NCBI GenBank assembly: GCA_038087875.1 | Contig: CM075978.1 | Coordinates: 98,022,001 to 98,086,000 of the forward strand | Direction: 5' to 3' | DNA length: 64,000 nucleotides | Origin: Malacoraja senta | Taxonomy: Eukaryota | Part shown: positions 25,705-36,466 of the stretch, piece after piece | Position numbering within the stretch: position 1 is the first letter of the stretch | How the letters are laid out: the number at the start of each line of letters is the position of its first letter | Program-made: the position numbers and the translations under genes | The notes under the pieces: model-generated | What the model saw: only the letters and a program-made list of their open reading frames with translations | What the model was told of the DNA's origin: nothing | Database searches by the model: none

Positions 25705-26576
25705 GTGACTTGGATAGGCTGGGTGAGTGGGCAAATGTTTGGCAGATGCAGTATAATGTGGATAAATGTGAGGTTATCCACTTTGGTAGCAAAAACGGGA
25801 AGGCAGACTATTATCTAAATGGTGGCCGATTAGGAAATGGGGAGATGCAGCGAGACCTGGGTGTCATGGTACACCAGTCATTGAAAGTAGGCATGCAGGT
25901 GCAGCAGGCAGTGAAGAAAGCGAATGGTATGTTGGCCTTCATAGCAAGAGGATTTGAGTATAGGAGCAGGGAGGTTCTACTGCAGTTGTACAGGGTCTTG
26001 GTGAGACCACACCTGGAGTATTGCGTACAGTTTTGGTCTCCAAATCTGAGGAAGGACATTATAGCCATAGAGGGAGTGCAGAGAAGGTTCACCAGACTGA
26101 TTCCTGGGATGTCAGGACTTTCATATGAAGAAAGACTGGATAGACTTGGCTTATACTCGCTAGAATTTAGGAGATTGAGAGGGGATCTTATAGAAACGTA
26201 CAAAATTCTTATGGGGTTGGACAGGCTAGATGCAGGAAGATTGTTCCCGATGTTGGGGAAGTCCAGGACAAGGGGTCACAGCTTAAGGATAAGGGGGAAA
26301 TCCTTTAAGACCGAGATGAGGAAAAACTTTTTCACACAGAGAGTGGTGAATCTCTGGAACTCTCTGCCACAGAGGGTAGTTGAGGCCAGTTCATTGGCTA
26401 TATTTAAGAGGGAATTAGATGTGGCCCTTGTGGCTAAAGGGATCAGGGGGTATGGAGAGAAGGCAGGTACGGGATACTGAGTTGGATGATCAGCCATGAT
26501 CGTATTGAATGGCGGTGCAGGCTCGAAGGGCCGAATGGCCTACTCCTGCACCTATTTTCTATGTATCTATGTATCT
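25705..26576 (+). mobile_element. CR1 LINE 3' fragment with uninterrupted ORF2 C-terminus
   Basis: 256-aa ORF (WQMQYNVDKC..RPHLEYCVQFWSP..RTRGH..GYGEKAGTGY); (tctatgta)n tail; TSD ATGTAAG at 25698-25704 and 26577-26583. Confidence 0.92.
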
Positions 26577-27156
26577 ATGTAAGTGGGCAGCAAGTGAATA
26601 AAGGGGGAAGGGTGGAGTTGAAGGGCATGCAAGAAAGAAGTTACAAAGGAAAGAGTACAGGAATGGGGATGTGTAATTGCTCCCAGTCAACACTGTCTCA
26701 GTGGGCCAAATGGCCTCCTCCCATGTTTGAGAATATGAAATCAAACTGTTCCAGATTCTATCAGCTGACTGTCAGATTTAGCCCCATTGCAGCACAGAGA
26801 GAATCGAAAGGATGCAGGATAAATTATGGCACAGCTCCCATGGACAAATTCACTATTTCTTCAAAAGCAACCGAAGCACAGCTCAAATTACAGAATGCCT
26901 CCTTGATACTTTGAGGGCAATTTTAATCTAATTGAATAGCTGGGAAACACAAGATTGGTTTTGACCCAGGTTGAAACAATAATACTCATCATTAAATTAA
27001 AACTAGGTAGAATATTAAAACCAGCATCCACTGACACAGCAGTTTCCTTATGTTACAATTTCCCTACAAACTAGCAACAACCTCAGCATTATCTGATGAT
27101 TTCAAAGCTTCAGTGCAACCGATGCTTGGCCTTCACACTTGTGATGCATGACCTAC

Positions 27157-27203
27157 CTGGGGTAGTTTGTGCAGTATTGTGTATAAATGTGGAACTCTTC
27201 ACT
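27157..27203 (-). CDS. PLEKHG1: PLEKHG1 exon, DH domain (47 nt)
   Basis: tttcag|SEEFHIYTQYCTNYP(R)|gtaggt; phase 0 to 2. Confidence 0.95.
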
Positions 27204-28630
27204 CTGAAAATCAGGAAAAACAAACACATCAGACCCTATTCATTTATCAAAAGCTCCACTAGTTAGATTAGTTTTGGCAAATCAGTAATGACAGGTTTTA
27301 AACTTGGCCACATCAAGATTAGACGGCCAGGATTTAAGTCAGTTCAGCTAAACTGGACTAGCAACAGGCTAGACAGAATAGGCTTCAACATTAAACTGAT
27401 GCGCCTAAGGTGGTTAACACAATCCCATTGGGGTGGGAAGAAAATACTATCTCCTTTGGTAGGCAAATTCAGAACACAGGCTCATTATTTATGAATTAGA
27501 GATAGGATATTGAGGGGTAATATCAGTAAACATTTCCTCATAAAGTATGGGGAAATACTCTTCCAAACACCTTGAGGGGAGGGAGTGGGCATGTGAAAAT
27601 TAAACCAAGATCAATACAATTTTGTCAGCTACAACTGGTCTCATGCAACACTGGAGTACAAACATGGAAAGCCATAGGTTAACACCAAGGCTTCAGATTA
27701 AGTTCAGATTAAGATTCAGGTACATTATCAGCAAATTGGGCTTTTTGACTTGCCTGAACTGGTACTATATGTACCCCTGAGAGAATCAAACTAGGAAACA
27801 TTCTGGTAAATAAATTCTGTACCCAGAGATGGACTTTCTTCCTCGCTGTGATATCTTCAACCACATAAGACTCCAGTTGACAGAATATTTAAAAGTAGAA
27901 TTTTTTTTAAACAGAATATGTTTCCTGATTAATCAATCCAAGCAAATAAAATTTAGTTTTGGATTAAAAATCAGCAGGAAATCCCAAGATATACAGTTGA
28001 CTGCATCTTTCTCAAGGGTGGCAGGGAGTAACAGCACAGTGAGCATCAATTAGTGCTCCAAGGATCCAAGTTTGATCCAGACCATGAGTGTTGCCCATGT
28101 GGACTCTACATCTCTTACCCTGTGATTTTGTTTCCTCCCGGTGTTCCAGTTTTCCCTCACATCCCAGACATGCTGGTAGCCAATTAACACGTGCAAGTCA
28201 ATGCAAAATAAAAGGGTAATTGATGGGCATCTATGAGAAATTGGTATCAGGGTGACGAGGAGAAAGCAGGATAATGGGGTTAAGAAGGAAAGATAGATAA
28301 GCCATGATTGAATGGCGGAGTTGACTTGATGGGCCGAAGGGCCTAATTCTGCTCCAATCATTTATGAACATGAATAATAAGTTGCAGAGCTACAAGAAAC
28401 TGAGATGGGAAATGAGAACGATGGGATTGTCCCTTTTGGAAACAGCAGGAACACGTTGGATCAATAACCTTCTTCTCTGTTGTTGTATGATAGTAAAGTT
28501 CATGTAGGAAGCAAAAGAAATAACCCTTATCGCAGTCTTGTGCACACACATAATTTAAAGTGAACCTGAAAGTAGGATTTGTTGTTCTTTCCGGCTTGCA
28601 CACTGAATCTGAAGGCACGGTGGCATTTAC

Positions 28631-28700
28631 CTTCGCTACAAAACATTCCGCAATTGCAACTGGGTCACTGCCGCAGCTCTCCAGATCTCGAAGCAGTTCA
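28631..28700 (-). CDS. PLEKHG1: PLEKHG1 exon, DH domain (70 nt)
   Basis: ttacag|(S)ELLRDLESCGSDPVAIAECFVAK|gtaaat; phase 2 to 0. Confidence 0.95.
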
Positions 28701-28971
28701 CTGTAAATAGAAAGCAAAGCCAAGTTTTAAATAAATACCCACAGATCTTGCAGGTGGCTCCTGATCAGCAGTCTGGAGCTCAGCACTGAGTCAGATGCTT
28801 GAAGCACCATCTTAAAAATACGACGACTGCGTTTTTCATAACCTCAAGGAAGCCATTGGTCTTTGTGATCCAGAAATATTATGAAAATACAGCCGTGTTA
28901 TAATGCTGCCAATTAGCAGGCCACAAGTTTAACAAATATCGAGCATTTCACAACCATTTGGTTGAGAGAAA

Positions 28972-30505
28972 GGAAGGTACACAAAAATGCTGGAGAAACT
29001 CAGCGGGTGCAGCAGCATCTATGGAGCGAAGGAAATAGGTAACGTTTCGGGCCGAAACCCTTCTTCAGACTGATAGGGGGTGGGGAGAAGAAAGGAAAAA
29101 AGGAAAAGGAGGAGGAGGAGCCCGAGGGCTGGGGGAGGGGAGGAGACAACCAGATGGCTGATGAAGGGGAGGGGACAGCCAGGGCTAGCAGAATTGGGAG
29201 AATTCAACGTTCAGGCCACCAGGATGTAGACTGCCCAAGCGGAATATGAGGTGCATTTCCTCCAATTTACGGTGTTGCTCGCTGTGGCCATGGAGGAGAC
29301 CCAGGACAGAGAGGTCAGATACGGAATGGGAGGGGGAGTTGAAGTGCTGAGCCACCGGGAGTTCAGGTTGGTTATTGCGGACCGACCGGAGGTGTTCGGC
29401 GAAACGATCGCCAAGCCTCCGCTTGGTCTCACCGATGTAGATCAGCTGGCATCTAGAGCAGCGAATGCAATAGATGAGGTTGGAGGAGATGCAGGTGAAC
29501 CTCTGTCGCACCTGGAACGACTGCTTGGGTCCTGGAATGGAGTGGAGGGGGGAAGTGAAGGGACAAGTGTTGCATCTCTTGCGGTTGCAAGGGAAAGTAC
29601 CAGGGGAGGGGGTGGTATGGGAGGGAAGGGAAGAATTGACAAGGGAGTTACGGAGGGAGCGGTCTTTGCGGAAGGCAGACATAGGGGGAGATGGGAAGAT
29701 GTGGCGAGTGGTGGGGTCACGTTGGAGGTGGCGAAACTGACGGAGGATCACTTGTTGTATGTGACGGCTGGTGGGGTGAAAGGTGAGGACTAGGGGGACT
29801 CTGCCTTTGTTGTGAGTGGGGGGATGGGGAGAGAGAGCAGTGTTGCGGGGTATGGCAGAGACCCTGGTGCGAGCCTCATCTATGGTGGAGGAGGGGAACC
29901 CCCGTTCCCTGAAGAATGAGGACATTTCAGATGCCCTGGTGTGGAACGCCTCATCCTGGGAGCAGATGCGGCGTAGACGGAGGAATTGGGAGTGGGGGAT
30001 GGAGTCCTTACAGGAAGCAGGGTGGGAAGAAGTGTAGTCCAGATAGCCATGGGAGTCGGTAGGTTTGTAGTGGATGTCGGTAAGGAGTCTATCACCTGCG
30101 ATGGAGATAGTGAGGTCAAGGAATGGTAGGGAAGTGTCGGAAATGGTCCAGGTGTATTTGAGTGCCGGATGGAAGTTGGTGGTGAAGCGGATGAAGTCAG
30201 TCAGTTGTGTGTGGGTGCAGGATGTGGCACCAAAACAATCATCGATGTAGCGGAGGTAGAGGTCGGGGATGGGGCCCTGGTACGCATTGAACAGGGATTG
30301 TTCTACGTACCCGACAAAGAGGCAGGCGTAGCTGGGGCCCATGCGTGTGCCCATAGCTACGCCTTGTATTTGGAGGAAATGGGTGGAGTCAAATGAAAAG
30401 TTATTAAGTGTAAGTACCAGCTCCGCTATGCGGAGGAGGGTGTCAGTGGCCGGGTATAGATTGCTTCTACGGTCGAGGAAAAAACGGAGGGCTTTGAGAC
30501 CATCC
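28972..30505 (-). mobile_element. Penelope-like retroelement, 5'-truncated, with intact RT C-terminal half + GIY-YIG ORF and 3' terminal repeat
   Basis: QGVAMGTRMGPSYA and YLRYIDD RT motifs, Cys-rich linker CNRKRCNTC, GIY-YIG-type LIYCIRC..LIYIGETKRRLGDRFAEH; stop at 29185; flanked by direct repeat TGGTTGAGAGAAA (28959-28971 and 30506-30518). Confidence 0.93.
29037..29072 (-). ncRNA. Minimal hammerhead ribozyme-like motif in the Penelope 3' terminal repeat
   Basis: Minus strand reads CAGU-CUGAAGA-A-GGGU(UUCG)GCCC-GAAA-CG-UU-ACC: CUGAnGA and GAAA core boxes, helix II, and a palindromic ACGU in place of helix III. Confidence 0.65.
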
Positions 30506-30804
30506 TGGTTGAGAGAAATGTTGACCAGAAGATAGGAGGGAATGTGCTTGAGAGATTAGATCACTCAAGATTGCATAATGTGAGCGGTAATTACTATCTC
30601 CAGCAAGAGTACCAACCCACTTACTCTTGACAACAATGGCATCACTCCAGTTCTCAACACCAACAACCTTGGGGGGGGGTGGTTCAACATTGACCAAAAA
30701 ACACAATGGGTCAGTCACATGTACAGTGATATTACAATGCAGTCAGTGCAGTGAGAAAACTTCGAGGTTGATTCATATCCGACGTGGTCTTACCTCAAAA
30801 CTTC

Positions 30805-31385
30805 GAGGTAAGACCACATCTGGAGTATTGTGTACAGTTTTGGTCTCCTAATTTGAGGAAGGACATCCTTGTGATTGAGGCAGTGCAGCGTAGGTTCACG
30901 AGATTGATCCCTGGGATGGCGGGACTGTCATATGAGGAAAGATTGAAAAGACTAGGCTTGTATTCACTGGAGTTTAGAAGGATGAGGGGGGGGATCTTAT
31001 AGAAGCATATAAAATTATAAAAGGACTGGACAAGCTAGATGCAGGAAAAATGTTCCCGATGTTGGGCGAATCCAGAACCAGAGGCCACAGTCTTAGAATA
31101 AAGGGGAGGCCATTTAAGACTGAGGTGAGAAAACACTTTTTAACCCAGAGAGTTGTGAATTTGTGGAATTCCCTGAGGGCAGTGGAGGCCAAATCACTGG
31201 AAGAATTTAAGAGAGAGTTAGATATAGCTCTAGGGGCTCTAGGGGCTAGTGGAATCAAGCGATATGGGGAGAAGGCAGGCACAGGTTATTGATTGGGGAC
31301 GATCAGCCATGATCACAATGAATGGCGGTGCTGGCTCAAAGAGCCGAATGGCCTCCTCCTGCACCTATTTTCTATGTTTCTATAT
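30805..31385 (+). mobile_element. CR1 LINE 3' fragment
   Basis: RPHLEYCVQFWSP...RTRGHSLRIKG with (tttctatg)n tail; a further fragment follows at about 31515-31890. Confidence 0.88.
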
Positions 31386-33248
31386 GCTGAGTTATAAAGG
31401 GATACAGACACAGCAGTTCAGCAGCTGGGTATACTATCACACCAAAGTCTTCCCACCATCTACAAAAGGCACCAATTAGCAGCATGAAAGACAGCTCGCC
31501 ACCTGCAACTCCAGCATGAGGGGGAACCTCATTGAAACATACAGAATAGTGAAAGGCTTGCTTAGAGTGGATGTGGAGAGGATGTTTCCACTAGTGGGAG
31601 AGTCTAGGATTAGAGGTCATAGCCTCAGAATTAAAGGATGTTCTTTTAGGAAGGAGATGAGGAGAAATTTCTTTAGTCACAGGGTGGTGAATCTGCCACA
31701 GGGGGCTGTGGAGGCCAAGTCAGCAAATATTAAGACAGAGATAAATTTTTGATTAGTACAGGTGTCAGAGGTTATGGGGAGAAGGCAGGTGAATGGGTTA
31801 GGAGGGAGAGATAGATCAGCCATGATTGAATGGCAGAGTACACTTGATGGGCCGAATGGCCTAATTCTACTCCTATTCTTTATGACCTTAATTCCAGCAC
31901 CAAGCAAGACAAACACCCCCTCGTTTGGTGCCCCATCCACCAGCCTCTCCACCACCAGTGAACTACGACAGTAGACTGGACCATCTGCAAAATGCACTGG
32001 TGTTATTTGCCCAAGCACCATCTATTGACAGTGCTTCCCAAACCCATAAACTTGACCGTCAATGAGGACAAGGATAGCAGGAGGAAAGGAATACCACACC
32101 ACCTGTGCTCCCTTCTAAATTACACACCATCCCAACTTGGATATAATTCCCCATTCTTTTGTCACTGCTGGGTTTAAACCATGGGACACCACATCAAATA
32201 GCATTCTTGGAGCATCCTCACCAAAAGGACCGCAACAGTATAAAGCAGTAGGTCACTACCAATTTCTCAAGAACAATTATGATTCAGCAAAAAAAAGCTA
32301 GCCTTTGGAGTAATTCCCACATTAATTTCCCTGAAAAATGAATAAATCCCTTTCCGATGGCAAAGATTCACAATTAAAAACTATTTATCTTCATGAGCTA
32401 ACAATCAATATTTGGCACAAAGTGATGGATTACCAAGTTGTGAGAAGAAACAAAGAACTTGCAAAAAGGGATATTGGTTTGTTACGTGGATCCCGAAGCG
32501 CACATCCATCTCCACTTTGGCACCATTGACACTGAAGGAAGCACGTGCACCACCTCACTCCCAGACGTCAATAGTTAGCTCCTTCTTCACAGCACAAATG
32601 ATTCTTAGGAATCGCTCAAAACACAGGTGTTCAGGAAGGCACTGCTGTGAAGCTGCACCTCGGGCAGAGCTCCACATTCAGTCATTTCAGAACTAAGCAC
32701 TGGAGTGGAAATCAGCCAACTTCAGCTCCAAGGCATCTGCCCATAAAGAATTGGTCTGGTTATATTTTTCTGCATGCACAAATCTATAACGCTGCTTCGT
32801 TACTTTCTTTGCCCATTACGTTAACTACTGAACAGCCATTGTTGTGATGTCGGCATTTCTATTCTTTTGTTTATGTCACTTGTGAATAGTGTGAAAACCT
32901 GAGGTCCCAGCACAGATGTTTGTGGTACCTCGTGTAATTGGTGAATTAACCAATTAAAGCTAACTCTTAAGTTTCCACCCCACCCAGTGTTATTCTTCAG
33001 GGAGACACGTTTCCAGCTGAGGTGCTGTTACTATTACACAGGTTTTGCAGACTGAAGAAAACTTTAATAAAAGGTTTGGTCGAAGTGCAACTGTAAACAG
33101 ATCGTGAAAGAACCCAAAATGCCACCATTAAAACGACACAGCTGTAAATGGGTTTGCTTTCCAAGCTTTGCTCAGATTCCAATTGATTATAGCAGTTTAT
33201 ATTGGTGGAATCAGGTGCCTCTCAGTCTGTTATTTAGACTGTAGAATC

Positions 33249-33478
33249 AACCTATCCCCGTCTATAGATACTCCCCTCCGCCTAGCGGAGCTGGTCCTTA
33301 CCCTTAATAACTTTGTTTGACTCCTCCAATTTCCTCCAAATACAAGGCGTAGCTATGGGCACGCGCATGGGCGCTAGCTATGCCTGCCTCTATGTAGGGT
33401 AGGTCGAACAATCCTTGCTCGAGATGTACCAGGGCCCTATCCCCGACGTCTACCTCCGCTACATCGACGACTGTTTTT
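33249..33478 (+). mobile_element. Penelope-like RT fragment (degenerate)
   Basis: Near-identical to the reverse complement of about 30235-30465 (QGVAMGTRMG...YLRYIDDC). Confidence 0.85.
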
Positions 33479-33529
33479 GTCAGTTAGGATTCACTCAGAG
33501 GAACTTATTTATGCCCGAAAAGGGAGTTA

Positions 33530-34115
33530 AGGATACAGCATGGAAATAGGCCCTTCGTCCCAGCGAGTCGGTGCCGACCAACAATCACCCATACACCCAT
33601 TCTATCCTACACACTAGGGACAATTTACAGAAGCCAATTACAGAATTTACAGAAGCCACTTAAACTACAAACTTGCACGTCTTTGGAATGCGGAAGGAAA
33701 CTGGAGCACCCGGAGAAGACTCACATGGTCACAGGAAGAACATACAAACTCCGTACAGACAGCCAGGATCGAACCCGGGTTTCTGGTGTTGTCAGGCAAC
33801 AACTCTACCACTGTGCTACTAGTTTAATTTAGTTTAGAGATACAGCATGGAAACAGGCCTTTCGGCCCACCGAGTCCACACCGACCCCTCACACTAACAC
33901 TATCCTACACACACTAGGGACAATTTACAATTATACCAAGCTAATTAACCTACAAACTTGTACATCTTTGGAGTGTGGGAGTAAACCGTAGATCCCAGAG
34001 AAAACCCACACAGATCACATACAAACTCTGTACGGACAGCACCCATGGTCAGGATTGAACCCGAGTCTCTGGCGCTGTAAGACAGCAACTCTACCGCTGC
34101 GCCACCGTGCCACCC
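33530..34115 (-). mobile_element. Two tandem HE1-type SINEs (about 33530-33820 and 33821-34115)
   Basis: Two head-to-tail reverse-complement copies. Confidence 0.85.
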
Positions 34116-36177
34116 CTTGTTGAAGAAAGCTGAAGCAAACTATGCATCTTCAACTATTTAATCACCTTCTGTTCCATTTGTGCTTAGAACACAATACTTC
34201 AATGTACCTTACATTCAGAGAGATTCTTCCCAGAGAATCTAATGAAAGATTCTCCCAGAAGAGTCTTCCCTCCGGTCTTCTCCTCAATATCTGCTTGTGC
34301 TGAATAATTACTTTTTTTTTAAATCTCCTTGTGGCTCAATCAAAGTCACAGCATAGAGCAAAACCATAAATGATTATTTAAGTTCTCAGCAAGTTATAAC
34401 AATCTGCCAGTCATTATGGGAAGACTGTCAGAAGCAAATTAAAAGTAGGTTTGCTCAAATTAATTATACAAAGCTCAAAAGGACAATGAGCAGGGAGCAT
34501 GTGGCAAAGACAGTGGAGGGGTTTACCCCCACAGAACCAACATCAGGCTGCATGGCTCTCTCTATATCAGATTCAATAAAATGTCAGGTGTCAGAAGTTA
34601 TGGAGAGAAGGCAGGAGAATGGGGTTGGGATGGAGAGATAGTCATCAGCAATGGAGTAGACTTGATGGGTCGAATGGCCTAATTCTACTATCCCTTATGA
34701 CCTTATGGAACAGTAGTTGCAATGAAGTTGAATCTACAATCGCCGCTGTTTCCAAGAATTAAAAGATACAAAAATTAAAAGGGGCCAAAATGACAACATT
34801 GCTTATTCATTCTTTGCATCATTGACAAGGCAAGCTAATTTTCCTTCAATCAATGCTGTGCAACACCATTTCAGAGGGCATTTGCGGATGCATGAATCAA
34901 ATATACAGGTCAGACTGAATAACTATTAATATCGTTCAGTCCCTTCCCTGAACGATATTAATAGTTTTGTGGTCATTATTGCTGATGACATTTTTATCAA
35001 CATAATTTAAATTCCACAGCTGCTCTGATGGGATTTGAACACTCTCTGGTTTAGCTGTCCTTTACTACCATTGTATCCATTAAGTACAACTTAAAGTGAG
35101 ATCTAACAGAGTGGATGGGCCAAGCAGCCACCACCTGCACAGTTAAATCTTACATCTCTCTCTACCTCCTCCATCCATGCCTAGGCTTAAAGGATAATTA
35201 CTCTTTATGATAGTGTCCCTCTCTCTCCCCCCCCCCCCCCTCCTCGTCACTGTACAGCACTATACCGCACAAGCTGCAGAACTGCATTCTCTTGGATCAA
35301 TCAAACCATTTCCAGGGTGGTCAGGACCACAATTAAAATTTGACACCGGGCCCCATTAGAGCCAGCAGCTTAGTTCACAGTAGAATGTTTCAGTTAATGA
35401 TTTTAAAAGGAGAAGAGATGAAGTGGAGTGGTAGAGGGGAGAAATTCGAGAATTTTAGTTCAGTTTATGATCAGGTGTACCGAGGTATAGTGAAAAGATT
35501 TTTGTTGCGTGCTAACCAGTCGGCGGAAAGGCTATATTTATATGATTACAATCGAGCCGTCCGCAGTGTACAGATAGTTAGAAATGCTGCTGTTTGAATA
35601 GAGGTTTAAAAGAGTGGAGCGACTGCAATGAGTGATTGCAGATCCACTTCTGGGACCAGCATGAAGAGAGTCAATAGACAATAGGTGCAGGAATAGGCCA
35701 TTTACCCCTTCGCGCCATTCAATGTGATCATGGCAGATCATCCCCAATCAGTACCCCATTCCAGCCTTCTCCCCATATCCCCTGACTCCGTTAACTTTAA
35801 GAGCCCTATCTCGCTCTCTCTTGAAAGTATCCAGAGAACCGGCCTCCACTGCCCTCTGAGGCAGAGAATTCCATAGACTCACAACTCTGTGAGAAAAAGT
35901 GTTTCCTCGTCTCCATTCTAAATGGCTTGCCCCTTATTCTTAAGTCGCCAGGCTTAGGTGCCATTTTCGAATCCCAGGCTTGGGTTGCCTGCCATTGGTG
36001 GAGCAATGGAAATCAGGATAGATTTTCTAAATTGGACTGGCTTAGATATGGCTTTAACATTTGAAATTGCATCTCATTTGGTCGGGGAATAGTAGAAACA
36101 CCAATTGGGATTACTTAAGCCCTTGAGCAGATTCACAAAATGTACTGAAGCGGATTGTTAGATTGGGAATAGTTTAC

Positions 36178-36278
36178 CTGTTGAAACGATAGATGTCGCC
36201 AATGTTCCCAAACAAGGCCAAGCGGTCTTCTGTCCCCAGGGGGAGCCTTGATTGTTCCGTGATGCATTCTAGATAGTC
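36178..36278 (-). CDS. PLEKHG1: PLEKHG1 exon, DH domain (101 nt)
   Basis: ctttag|[33 protein letters not shown](S)|gtaaac; phase 0 to 2; read by hand, not in the ORF track. Confidence 0.95.
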
Positions 36279-36367
36279 CTAAAGAACACAAGGACAGAAT
36301 ATTACGACAAAACAAGATACAGACCATGGCACTACCCAGGCCCAACCTAACAATGCTGTCTTCCCAA

Positions 36368-36466
36368 AGATAGACACAAAAAGCTGGAGTAGCTCAGTGG
36401 GTCAGGCAGCATCTCTGGAGAAAAAGAATAGGTGACGTTTCGAGTCAAGACCCTTCTTCAGACTGG
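36368..36466 (-). mobile_element. Solo Penelope 3' terminal repeat with intact hammerhead core
   Basis: Minus strand CAGU-CUGAAGA-A-GGGUC(UU)GACUC-GAAACGUC-ACC followed by the ..gatgctgcctgacccactgagctactccagc.. tail homologous to 28972-29070. Confidence 0.75.

Noticed and set aside
25710-26480. 256-aa ORF as a domesticated or host gene
   Set aside because: Standard 5'-truncated CR1 ORF2 C-terminus with tail and TSD; the apparent start is a TTG at the truncation point.
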